This document shows positions 11,666 through 24,649 of a stretch of DNA of 64,000 nucleotides, piece after piece (positions within the stretch are counted from its first letter, which is position 1; each line of letters starts with the position of its first letter). Origin of the DNA: Isurus oxyrinchus (taxonomy: Eukaryota); NCBI GenBank assembly GCA_026770705.1, contig JANJGN010000036.1, forward strand, positions 1,922,001 to 1,986,000, in the 5' to 3' direction. Position numbers and translations under genes: made by a program. The notes below the pieces were generated by a model. The model worked only from the letters and a program-made list of their open reading frames with translations, searched no databases and was not told the DNA's origin.

Positions 11666-14600
11666 TGTGATTGTCCGTACCTCAGTGGGTCGATGTTCAT
11701 CTCTGTCACAACCCACCTCCCTCAGCCACCTAAACACCCCACAGAGTCAGAAGTGGAGGGTTCGAGTCATCATGCTGGAGATTTTAGCAATAAGTGTAGA
11801 CTAGCTCTTCACTGCAGACCCTAGGGAGCGCTGCAATGATGAAGGTGCCGCTTTCAGATTCTGTGTTAAACCTTGGCCCTTTCCTATGTCGGGCGGTGTG
11901 AAAGGTACACCATCGCTATTCCGTGAAGAGGTGGGGTGGGGATTTGGTTGTCTCCTGTGACCTGAACGATATTAAAATCTCTCGACCAACATCTAAAAAC
12001 ACATTTTCTAGGTCATAAACTCATTGTTTCTTTCCTGGGATCTTACTCTGCTCAATATATCTAGCCCGTTACCAACATTACAAAGAGTGAGTGCACTACA
12101 AGAAGTGTCTGAAAAAATAAATGGGGTTGCTGAAACCTTGAAAAGCGTGATATTAACACAAGCCTTTTAATTGTGCCTGTGTTATTCTATCTGGATACGA
12201 TTAATTCTGTGGGACCTCTCCAACGGCAGAGATGGCTTAGAGCAAAACATGGTAATCTGATTGGCGAGTTAACATCAATGCAATCCAATATAATTGAGAT
12301 TCATCACCCCAAATTTCTGATTACACCTTGGTGATTTCTGTATTAAGTTGCTTCCCGAATTCTGCTTCTCTATTCCAATACATTAATTCAGGCAATTCTT
12401 GCAACGGCACATTTAGCAAAACATTATAAAACTAAATAGGGAACAATGAAAGCAGAGATAATAATACATTTCAAAAGGAAGCATATTTGTGGCAGAAAAA
12501 TGCAAAGATATGGTGAAGGACATGAGTTCACTTGGACGAATTGGGTTACTTTTTCAAAGAGTTGGCACAGGCACCATGGCCCGAATGACTTCCTTCTGTG
12601 CTGTATCATTCTATGATTCGATCAAGCATTATTACACAGATAACCTGACCTCACCTTTAACTACTTTTGAAAGTGAATACATATCCTAGTCTCAGGGCGG
12701 CCCTCCTAAACACTTCCTGGAGTTTGCTGCTTTGAAAAATAAATCACAATGAAGACGGGATGCACATAAGAACCTGCACATTCTCCCTCTGATGAATTAT
12801 GGAGGAAGCAGGATTTTCCAAATAACCGCACCCTGTTGGACACAAAACGGAGCCATGGAGACCCGCATAATTCAAGTAAACTACTCCCACCAGAATTTAC
12901 AAAACACTGTCTCCTTTTGTGAAATATGGAATAAGTTGTTTTCAGGATTGTTGAGGGTATGCCACTGTCTTCGTGTAATTCAAATGTGAAAGAAACACTG
13001 AACAAATCTTAGGGACATTCTTCAGTTTCTCTGGACCTTTTCTGCTGAACCTGAAATTCCAGTTAATGACAGGATTTCTATTGCTTTGCAAACGTCGTAT
13101 GGAAGTAAATAAAATAAATTATTTTTCCATTATAACGATTCATCAGAGGTTTGCATCGATCAATAATTAGCTTATAATTCAAAGTCAAATGGATGAAACT
13201 GCAAATCATGTTGAGCTGACAATATCCGCACTGGATTGAGATGGTTTGGTGCTGGTGTTCTCTGCGCGAGGTGTGATGTGTTTAATCATTTACATAATTA
13301 GATCACAGCAGGAGATGGGGACGCGCCCTCATGCAGGAACCTTGTGATGGCTCCATTTTACTTTTACACAGTGTGTTCTTCTTTGAGATTAGTATTAAAT
13401 ACATATGGCAGAGCCTTTGGTTCAGTGCAGTGTGTTTTGGAAGAAGAGGTGATTTTGCAGCTATGTTTCCCCAAGCCGATCGCCACTGGAGTATTCAATC
13501 CTCATGCTTGGAATGTTGTAGACAAATTAATAGGGATTTATTGCCATTGCAACCTATTATCATCGTACCACTGAACTGCCAGGTTGGTAGGGTGCAACCT
13601 AGATTGATTGTTTTTTTTTTCCATTTGCCTGTTTTTATTTCCCTATTTTCCTGATCCCAGGTTTGCAAAAATTTGCTACGATGTTTTCTTTCAGAGAGAT
13701 AGAGGATTACCCCACAGCCGCGCAAACTTCATTGTCGATCAGGGTCATATCAGTCTAAATATTCTCATTGTCTTTACTCTGGAATCAAAATGTAAAGACA
13801 GATGAGACGGACGAGCAACAAAAACAGCTCCTGCTAAAGTCACTTTCAAGGTCCATCTCCCAGAAACTTTCCAATAAACTTGTCGAGGATTTAACTGAGC
13901 TCCTGACTGTGCTGACCTTGTTAATGTGAATTTAGTTTGTATTGTAGTGTTACTTACACCAGATATATGTTTACCAGGATTCGACTTAAGAAGGTTAAAC
14001 TACAAGAAAAGGATGCTCAGACTTGGCTTGCATTCCCTCCGTGATGATGTTTCAGGACCTCACGAGCCTCCTCCCACCCCCACTGCATCCCGCGCCATCA
14101 ACAAATCATTCCATTCATTTTTCTCTCATGTGATTATTCAAGTTCCACTGAAAAGCACGTCTGATTGTCACCTCAACTTATCCCCCTGGGATTAAGTTCC
14201 GCATTACACCCACACCCTAGGTAAACAAGAGTGTAATGAATTCCCCACTGGATGTATTAGTGAATATCTAAAACTGATGGCCTATCGTTCTGGTCACCCC
14301 CTCAAGTATCCAATCATTACATAATTTTGAAGACCGTTATCAGGTCACCCCTCAGTCTACCCTTTTCTCGAGAAAAGATTGCCAGCCTGTTCAATCCTAC
14401 CTGAAATCATGAACTCTCATTCCAGTTATCATTCTACTAGAATTGTTCCCAAATTTTAAACAGCACACATCTCCTATATAAAGATATCCTGAATTGCAGA
14501 TTCAATGAGCACATTTGGACTGAGCGACCAAACAACTTCAAAAGACAAACGCAGTGCTTGGATTTCAAAACCTCCTTTAATGGGTTGGTAAATTCGACAT

Positions 14601-16624
14601 TGATGCTCTCTTTCCTGTTCATGCTGAAACGAAGATCCGCAATTAACTTTAAAAAACTGTAACACAACAAAGTAACACATGTAAAAACTGAGCAGAAAGG
14701 TAAAATGTCCTAATGTCCACATTCTCTTGAAATGGAGCCGGTTCTATTAGGCATGCAGTCTCTCCAGTAGGCGATACATTGCCTCATTATTACTGATAAA
14801 TCTGCGTTCAGAATTTGTGATGACAATGTATTAGGAAGGTTCACACATCCAGGCTTTCCGCCAATGAGGACGAAAAAACAGGAAACTTTCCAGAGCTCGT
14901 CATATCCCGGATGCAGCATATGAGCTGTCAATTTCCATTGCTATCAGAGTGTGGGGTCCGCATTAACCGCCAGTCGAGCAAAAAGAGTCTGCAATAGAAT
15001 GCACAGACAGTGATCATGAGAAACAGCATCATCAGGGGGCAGAGAGCGGACATTCAGCCCTTCGAGCCTTTCCCGCTAGACAGTTAAATCATTTTGGATC
15101 CGCATCTCAATCCTATTTACCCTCGTTGCTACCATAACACTTAATCCAACGAAAATCTATCACACTGAGTTTCAGCATTTTCAGCTGACCCCTCATTTAA
15201 TTTTGTTTACATATATTGTCAACGTGCTATTGAAAAGGTAAACTCTGTTATCTTAAAGCATGCACCATGCAAAGTCTCATACACACATATGACTGTAACC
15301 AGAAACCTTCAAACTTGAATTTAAAATCTGCCACCCCTATTTACACTCGCAAAGAACGATTTCTATTCATAGTTACTGCCTTTTCTTCTGTACGTGCTCT
15401 GGAATATTTCAGTTCCTTATCAATGTTCATGTTGCCTGTTAGGAAGAGGATATTAAAATGAGTGTAACTGTCCACATTTCACACTGAACCGGCTGAAAGT
15501 GTACACAGTAGATACATTAAGAGCACTCCTGAGTTACAACATCTCTCTACAATGTCTACGTGTCTGCTGGTTCTTGCAGATCCTTCTCCCGGCGAGCAAG
15601 ACTAACGCCAGAAGGAATACCGCCGCCAACAATCTCCTGGAATGCAAGAAACTGCAGGGGGCAGGTAGCGGTGAATCTGGAGAGCAAATAAAAAAAACAT
15701 TGTAATTGAGAATAAATCCCATAACTGAAGCCTTTTGACTCTGACAGAACGTTCAAGTAGATTCTAGCACACGGGTGCTAGAGATGGGCAAATAATGTCA
15801 GTCTTGTTAATATCAACATCTCCAGGTCATGAAAAAAAAAGCTGAAACACATTAGAAAGCGAATTTAAAAGCTGAAATCAGATGGATGGATATTGAGAGA
15901 TAAATAGAGTTAGAGGCACAATTATAGAGAGAGATAGATGGATGGATCGATAGAAGGATAATTGGATAGACAGAAAGACAGACGGACAGGTAGACAGACA
16001 GGTAGGTAAATAGATAGGTAGATACACACATACAAACTCATGTACACAGATAAATACATACATACATAAATATATGTAAGGACAATAATATGATAGCACT
16101 ACACAAGAATGACCAGAGTGGTGTGGGACACAGGATGAAGCAATGGGGCCTCCAAGTTTCTGCTGACTCTTCAAAGTCCAAATTGCAATTCAGAACTTCC
16201 AAACCCCATCAAATTCATCCATCCCCTGCATTCATCTAACTTTCTATCCATCTTCCCACATCTACTACAAGCTGTGCGCTTTACTATTTCCCAATAGCCA
16301 TCTTGTGAGGCAACATGAAGTCCTTCTGGAAATCCATTCACGTAATATCCAACGTATTCTCTTTAAATATCCATTCAGATATTTCTTCAGCATAAAAGCT
16401 CTATTCAACTCTTTAAACATAACCACGCTTCCACAAACCGGTGCGGGCTGACCTTAACTACCCCATCTACTGGGAAATGCTCACCTATTTCATTTAGAAT
16501 AATGGATGGTAGAAGTTTGCCCGCCAGTCATGTTAGACTGAGTTGCTTATAGTTCCCAAACTGACTTCTATGCTCTGCTTTTGATTCAACTTTAGCATTA
16601 GAAGGTTTTTGCTAGGAATGATGA

Positions 16625-16775
16625 GGATTAGGGTTAGGGTTCTGCTTAGGTTTGGGTAAGGTTTAGGGCTAGCATAAGGGTGAGGATTAGGGCTGGGATT
16701 TTGGTTCAGGTTCGGATCAGGTTTCACGTCAGGGTTAGGATTAGGGTTAGGATTAGGGTTAGAGCTAGGGTTATA
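16625..16775 (+). repeat. Degenerate interstitial telomere-like (TTAGGG)n tract
   Basis: TTAGGGTTAGGG...GGGTTAGGATTAGGGTTAGGATTAGGGTTAGAGCTAGGGTT. Confidence 0.7.
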
Positions 16776-16969
16776 CACTCACTGGAAATGAGTCTAAATC
16801 GGATATATGAACAGGGTGAAATTGGTTACAGACACACACACACATGGCATTAGAAACAGAGTTTAAAAGGCCACAACAAGCAACTCACCCAGCACTGGGA
16901 GTAATGCCTAAAAAATTGAAATGAAAAATAGAAAAACCTTTGTTGAAGTTAAAATTTGATTAGATGGAC

Positions 16970-17520
16970 AACACTTGTAGTCAAGTGAACAACTTTCATC
17001 TCCAGAGTATAAAAACAATATACAGCATTGGAAAGGGGGTAACAAAAATCCTTTACCCGGATGACATCAACGCTGAGAGGTTATAATTATCAGAAATCTT
17101 GAAAAGACTGGGATACTTTTCTCTACAAAAGAACAGACGAAAGGTTGACCTGATGCAGATCTTTAGGCTTTTGAAGTGATTTGTGAGGTTAGAAGTAGAA
17201 ACATTTTTTCAACATGTGTAGGGTAGAGAACCGGTCTCTGGGCCATCAATAAATAACAGTCCCTAATATCTCCAATCAGGGATTGAGGAGAAATTTATAT
17301 ACCCATAGAATAGGGAGAATGTGGAACTCGTTACTACAAGGAGTGGTTAAGGTGGATAGCCCAGATGCATTTAGGGCAAAGCTGGATAAACACATGAGGG
17401 CGAAAGGAAAAGAAGGATATGTTGATTCTGTGATTTAAAGTGGGAACGGAGAGGGCTTGCACGGAGCATAAATAGCAGCACGGAGCAGAGGAGCCGAATG
17501 GCCTGTCTCTGTCCTGGAAA
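16970..17520 (+). mobile_element. CR1-type LINE 3' end fragment
   Basis: Decayed RL..LG.FSL.KR.L.GDL-type sequence and GGAGAATGTGGAACTC tail; similar fragments at ~5330-5820(-), ~28000-29280(-), ~54200-54620(+), ~56850-57380(-), ~59750-60140(+). Confidence 0.55.
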
Positions 17521-20500
17521 CTCTGTGGAATATCGATAAAAACAGAAAGGAATCGGCGGAGAAAGTAGTAAATGGAAAACTGGGGTGTTATTTTATCATT
17601 GACATTCTAGAAGGTCCTTTATCCCGCCATACACATTAATCCCAAGGAGACAGATAGATGAATATTTCATAAAGCTTTACACTGGGAAAATGAGATGTCT
17701 GAGAGAGGGGTCATTGGCTCATGGGAAGGGGGAATATTTAACTTTCAAAGAGACATTGCCAAAAATCAGCGGCATATAAACTAAAGCAGGAAACCATTAA
17801 TAGCCAACTCTCTCAGACAAGGAACTTTCACTGAGAAGAGTTTCACTGGAGTTGATTTTAACAGCTGAAGTAAAGCGAGAGCAGCTGCTCCAATTCCCGC
17901 CCGGAGAATGATATGGCTCCTGACGGCATAAGTTCCGTCCATTTCGATGGTCCCAAAGTCGCTCTGCCGCTCAGTATGGCTTCCGCAAACATTCCAGCGA
18001 ACAGCAAACGAATCGGTGTCCACACCCTTCACCAAACACACCAAAGGGACCCGTTCCATTGAGGCAATTTCAGCTGGTGGTGGAGTTAAGAGGTAGATTA
18101 TTGGAGATCCTGGCGGGACGGAGTGATAGGATTCAATCGCTATTGGGTATAAGCTGCTGATTAGTTATGGTGCAAAGTGTAAAATAATCGTAATGTTTAC
18201 CTGTAATGAGCAACTTGGAACTTCCAAACATCAAGGGCTGAGCTCATTCGCTGAACAGTAATACACACCCGAATTATTGCATGTCCGAAATGACCAGAGA
18301 ATGGAGAGTGTATGTCTGGATAACCTCTCCCGGCAATCTCCCAGTTGGAGAGTTGTATTTTGTCACGGCGTAAACAAGTTGTCGATTCTCCTGGTGCTGA
18401 TATTGATACCATTGGACTGCTCCCCCTGCCAGCCAGCCGGTGTGACAATGCACCTCGTAGGGAATTCCAAGCGAGAGACTGTGGGCCGCCGGAGTCTGGG
18501 ATAAAACTGCCTTAGTTACAATAACTGAGAGGGACAAAAATCAACACTAGAGGTTCTGTTGTGGCAGCGAAGGAGAACGTGTTTCCCCTGCAGAATTGGC
18601 TACAGCAGTAAACTATAAAACAGACCAACCCCTCACTCATAAATCCGGTGGACTCAAGCGCTGAAGGTTGTATTTGAAACAATTGCAGGCGCCAAGGTGA
18701 AAGAGAAACGGGTTTGCAGCCAGTGAAGGTTTAATCAAGTGCAGCCGCTGTTGTAAAACAGGGAATTCGGAAAATTTGCGCACAGCAAGATTCCACACAC
18801 AGCGATGTGATATTCACCCAGATTGTTTTTTCTGACGTTGTTTGAGGGATATAATCTGTCCCGGGGAGGCCGAGGAAAACAATCAGCCCCCGGATCATCA
18901 AACGACCCTCTCCCCACACACCCACCCCGCGTCCACCCACCCCCCCACCCCCCACCACCCAATATCGCCCGCCCCACACCACCCATCCCTCCGCGTATCC
19001 CAGCCCCAACCGCCACACATCCCCCCCGCCCCCCACCACCACCCGCGGCGTTGCCCCGGCTCTTTGCTTCCTGGGGAAATGGAGCGCTTTTCACACCAAA
19101 GGGGCAGACAGGGGATCTCGGTTCACCACCTAATCCGATTGTTTGGAGAATGGTGACATGTGGTCGATTATAATCGGGTGGGATCATGTTTTTCTTCAAC
19201 GTTAAGCTAATATGATAGGCTGTAGTTGTAGGAGTAATTTTACACCTGACTGAATACCTCAGTGGCCTCAAAATTGTAGTGAGAATTTTCTGAATGAAGA
19301 ATGAAGAAGACACAAACCTGAAACAGATGCAGCAACGCGCAGGATATTAACAATCTCATGTTCGGCACTCCCAGACAGGTCGCTGTGGTATTTACACCGT
19401 CTCTTCTCTCCGGTGTCTCTGTGCTCGGCCTCAGGGCCCGGAAGACATGGGGAAATTGCACATTTTGCAGAGATTATATGCACCGTTCAACATTAGCATA
19501 CTGGAAAAATCAGCCCCTGTAACTGTTGGCTGAAGGTTTCCTGTTTACAGGTTTGGAGCCCACGCACAGCTCCGCCTGCAAAGGGCAACATGTTACAGCT
19601 CGTGTGAAAAGCCTGTGAAAGGCGGGACGCGGCCCCGTGTGGCTCAAACTGTAGGCAAAAGGCAATGGTGCTGAACTCAGCAACATTAATGCTTGTGACG
19701 TTTGCGTGGGCGCAGGTTTAACGCCCCCATATCCGAGCGTTGTGTTTAATTCCTCCACAACACACTAATTTATTCTGATCGCCACAAAAGTTACATGCCA
19801 GATTGAAGAAAGCTAGAATCAGATGTTAATACTTTAGTCACTGTTTCACCCAATACCTGTCTCCCCGCCTGTAACTTTGTGTCAGAATTACTCCCTCACT
19901 CGCACCCAAGCCCCTTGCACCAATTAACCTGGATCTGTAATATAGCCATTCTCTGTGTGGGACCCTGTACTGCCAGGAGGACAGAGTTGCATAGAAAGCT
20001 ACTGTGAGGTGGAAAGTGAATCTGGGTCGATTTAATTGCTGGAGTGTCCCATATCAAGCTGGAAACGTTCCAGCCCTTGGCCATACAGCAGCGATACACT
20101 CACAAAACTTTTAGATATAGTCACCATTGTTTGTTGGAGAAATTTTGTTCAGAGTGGAGCAAAATCTCTTTTAAGCGTGTGGAACAGGATATACGAAACA
20201 GAAGAGAATGTACCAAACCAAGCTCTAATGTAGAGGAAGTGGGGGTGCAGCGGTGCTCTGATGGCTAGACAGGGGTTATGGAATGAAGGCGGCTAGACAG
20301 AGTTAAGGTATCGATCAATAGCCTGATTTACTTGCAGAACAAATTCAATTCAGAGGATGTATGGCCTCCTCCTGCTGCATTGTTCCAGTAGGATTAGGAG
20401 GTCAAATTAGTAAAAGATAAGTTGAGTACTGATATCAGAAGGTCTATGGCAATTATACTGATTAACAATGGGAACTGTTCTCTGGGTAGGACGAATGGTG

Positions 20501-20969
20501 TGGCCAGTTGGGGGTTGAGTATTGGCGTGGATGGTGAAAGTCACTGAAATTATTTAGGAAACAGGTGTTGTTCTGATGTTAGAGGGAGGCATAACGTTTC
20601 TGGATGGATGAACAGTGTATAGTGAACAATCTTTTCCATCTGCATCTTGTAAAAATGCTCTCTAAATTATTTTTACAATATTTGTGCAAAATCTAATTTC
20701 ACAGCAGAACAAACGATAATAATTTGATAATATTTCTAACCACTAGAACAGGACTGACAAGAGATTGTAGGATCCAATTATCCAGTCATCTTAACAACAA
20801 CGGCCTCCAGCTTTTTAAAGTTTTGAAATAAATTCTCAGGGAAACAAACTCTCAATTTTTAGTCATGCATTTCACTAATCTTCTAATGTGAGGAGTAAAT
20901 TGTGTTAACGTTCCCAAATTATTAACATCACCAGCAATCCGCTTTCAGGTGTAAGTGTTTTGAATCACC

Positions 20970-22570
20970 TTCCTGTTCCTCTCCTGTTGTGTTCTAATCG
21001 TGCAAATCATTAACACAGCTCCTCTCAGACAGAGAAACCCACAACTACCAGCATCTCAACCCAGGACTGATTTTGCCATCTCAACTCAAATTGCAGTTTC
21101 ACCCAGGTGACATTTAAGAATAAGCTAAATATTGATCAAAACAAACCTATACTGTGTCGTTAAAATCGAAGATTAATTTATTTTATTTACATACAGACAT
21201 TTGCAAAGAAATAATAACCCTGTTAGTAACTGGAGTTACAGAGTCCGAATAAAAGATTGAGAAAAACTCAAGAAAGTCCCGAATCTTTGCTCAAAGTTAA
21301 GTTCACACTTAAATTATACTAATGCAGTGTAATATCATTCGCAATATTCAATGCAACCTATTTCATACTTTATTAAAAATGAGCAAGTCTTTGTAAGCCC
21401 TGACGATTGCACGGGAAAAGCTGTCCCTGTAATTTAAACATTATAGCTCCTATATTGTCCTGTTGAGCTTAGATCTGATTTGCATAACCCCTCTGCATAA
21501 TCAAAATTCACATACACATGAATGCCACTGTTAAGAGTTCATTCTTATCCACAAGAGATTTATTGGACAGTTCCTGGGATATGAATCTTGAAAGATTTTT
21601 AACAGGGAATTCTTTGTTCTGCCGGAATCTGACCCGTTTCCATTATCTGATCCTGGAGTAATGAGAATGGGAATATGCAGACTGATGTGACTTTGATCGG
21701 TATTGCACTGTAACCCCCAGGTGTGGTGTCCTCCTCCCCTTTCTCTCCCTGTCTCTCTCTGTCTCTAACTGAATATCTTGTTGCTAATGTTTGCAAACCA
21801 AGGATTAGCAAAACAGTAATATCTAGACTGAAAAATACGAAATTCCATCAATATTGCATTCCATCATGCTGTCAGTTACATTATACAATGATAACTGGGT
21901 TTCCATGGCAATACATTTCTATCAATTTGCCCACAATATCCTAGACATGAGAGGACAATCCTCGAGTGGTGGGGACTTTGGGGAACCATTATTCCTCAGT
22001 CACCAGTTTTTTTCCAAAACAAACTGCACTCACCCCGTTTCTCGAAATTGTAGGCTTAAACTTTAATACAAACAAAAAAAACTGTGTAATAGTAAATTTG
22101 AACCCTCATACGTCTCCTGCATCTGCTTCCTGTTCCTCTACTGTTGTGTTCTAATCTTGCAAATCATAACTCTCAGATACAGAAACGCACAACAACAGCA
22201 TCTCAACCCAGGACTGATATTGCCATCTCAAAATTAATTGCAGTTTCAGCCAGGTAACATTTAATTATAAGCTAAGTATTGATCAAACCAAATTTCTATT
22301 GTGTCGTTAAAATCGAAGAATAATTTATTTTATTTACATACATACATTTGCAGTGAAATAATAACCCTTTCTCTAACTGAAGTTACAGGGTGCGCATAAA
22401 TGATTGAGAGAAACACAAAGTCCCTAATTTTAGCTCAATGTTACTTTCACTCTTGAATTACACTAATACAGTAGAATACACTTCACAATATTCAAGGCAA
22501 CCTATTTGATACGTTTTTAAAAATGAACCGTCTTTGTAACCCCTGACAATTGCAGGGGTAAAGCTTAATT
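20970..22570 (+). repeat. Local tandem duplication (~20970-21430 and ~22120-22570), third copy ~61670-62100
   Basis: Shared GCATCTCAACCCAGGACTGAT.TTGCCA and TAAAATCGAAGA.TAATTTATTTTATTTACATACA strings. Confidence 0.85.
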
Positions 22571-24649
22571 GTTTGATGGGGATCTCCATGGCTCAAAGGT
22601 TATTTGTACAAGGCTGTGGGTTCATTGGCAAGTCCTCTCTCCTCCATAATTCATCGGACAGAAAAATCCGGATCTCATCTGCAACCCGCCTTCTTTTTTG
22701 ATCTCTTTTCCAATGCAGCCATGTCCAAAGAGGCGTAGAGAGGTCCGCCCTGAGACTGGGAAACACATTCAACAATGTTGTTCAAAAATACTTTAAGAAG
22801 ACGCGACAGATTATGTCACCCGCACTCACGTTTCATAGAATCATAGAATGATACATCCCAGGAGGAGGCCATTCGGCCCATTATTTCCCTTCCGGGCTTT
22901 TTGTAAACGCCACCCAATTAGTCCCACTCTCCCCTTCTCTGACTCCTTACCCCAATTATTTTCTCCCCTGAAGTCTTCATTCTTGAATCTGTCACTGATT
23001 CTGCTTTCATTGCCGTCTGCACCGATTTGCGCTTGTTTTTTTTTAATGTGTCTATGCAAGAATTACCCGAAGAAATGTTTTGTAACGGATAAGTAAAATT
23101 CGGAAAGCAATTAATACAAAAATCACCAAAGTTTAATCAGGAAACTGGAAAGGTAACTCTATGGATTTGAATGTGTGCTCTGCAGTTCACTGGACAATTC
23201 GGTTATCATGTTTCTCAATGCGCCAGGTACAAGATAGAATCGTACACACAATCAAAATACTTTCATTTATATCGCTTCTTTCACGTCTTCAGGAAGGCAC
23301 AGATCTCTCAAAGGCACTTCTCTGAAACGTACTTACTGTTCGTTGTGTATGAAACACAGCAGCAATTTTGCGCACATTAAGATCCCATAGAAAGGATTTT
23401 GATAATGTTCCAGATGATTTATTGTTTTGAGATGTTGGCTCAGGGATTAAATATCAAACAGGACACAGATGAGAACCCCGCCCTGCTCCTTCTCTAACAG
23501 CGCCGGCGACATCTTTCAGCCAACAGGAGAACGCAGCCGGGCCTCAGTTTAAAGTTTCGCCTGAAAACAGCATCTCTAAATTGCAATGCACAGTCACTCC
23601 TGCACTTGAATGTCTGTCCAGACTTATTGCTCAAGTCTCTGAAGTGAACCCTCGGAACCACGGCCTCCTGACTAAGAGGTGTGTGTGGGGAGGTGGGGGG
23701 TGGGGTGGGGTGGGGACAGAGAGAGATACAGGAATACCCATTCAGTCAAGGCTCACAATCGCTCACGCAATCTCACAATCAAACGCACACACAGACTCTC
23801 ACACTTATATTCTCCAGAACGTTTTCCTTCTTTGTCCACTTACAACAGGAATATATTTTGATATACCTATAAAACTACCCTGGGTTTGGCCTTATCTTCA
23901 TGGTAATTCCAGAAGCTAAATTTTTAGAAACAAAATTGTTGGGTGGAGGACGGAGGAAGGAGGGCTGAGGAGGATGGGATCTAGACTCGCCGTAGGAATA
24001 AACAAAGTAAAAATAAAAGTCACAGAGAGCTAGAGATCCGAAATAAAAACAGCAGCAAATCGGAAGTAAAGAATTAAGAGACATTCTACCAGGAACATAA
24101 GCATATCCTTTGTATTATCAGTTGGGGAGAGGGCGGTGGGACTTGTCCTGATTCCAGTTAGAGGGAAAGGAATTGTGACACAAATTCAGCTGTTCAAGAC
24201 TGTGACCTGCCCTCTGTTAACCACGTGTAATATCCGGGATGGGTTGCCATTGACCTTATCCCAAAACTCATTTTTTCTGCATATTATTACAGCCGTTTCA
24301 ATGTTCTCACCTGTAGTCCACCGTGATCTGTCCGCTTCGCCGCTATTTGACAGCGATCACCTGTGTGTTAATGGTTAGGATATGAATAGAAATGTTATCC
24401 CAGTCGCCAAAGTCTATAGTTACTTACAGAGGATTGTGTGCCAATGACGACGAATGCACCAGTGGCTCCAGTACATTAATGGGCTACAAACGTCAATGGG
24501 CCCCCCAAACCGCGAAACCTCATCAATATGCAAATTGTTCCTAAAACTTCAATGGAGTCCAATTCGACAATAGTGGATAAGTACCCCTAACACCAGAGTT
24601 TGTGGTCTAATTGGTATATTACTGCCAGTATTAAGAAGCAATAAATTGA

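Larger units (their letters stand above)
14944..19359 (-). pseudogene. A2: type-A VJ-C1-TM receptor pseudogene
   Basis: Leader 19359-19318 (MRLLISCALLHLFQ, 1 nt short so out of phase); V 18524-18201 (stop/frameshift near DSGVYYC); C1 18109-~17808 (frameshift, donor GT>TT); TM 15676-15560; cyt1 15435-15377; last exon 14988-14944 TLFARLAVNADPTL*. Confidence 0.85.

Noticed and set aside
11366-11804. Cys-Val or His-Thr rich ORFs (also 29729-30034, 42442-42685)
   Set aside because: Translations of (TG)n/(CA)n microsatellites
18731-19313. Pro-rich/Gly-rich ORFs (also 2733-3120)
   Set aside because: Low-complexity C/G tracts in an intron or upstream region, no domain signal
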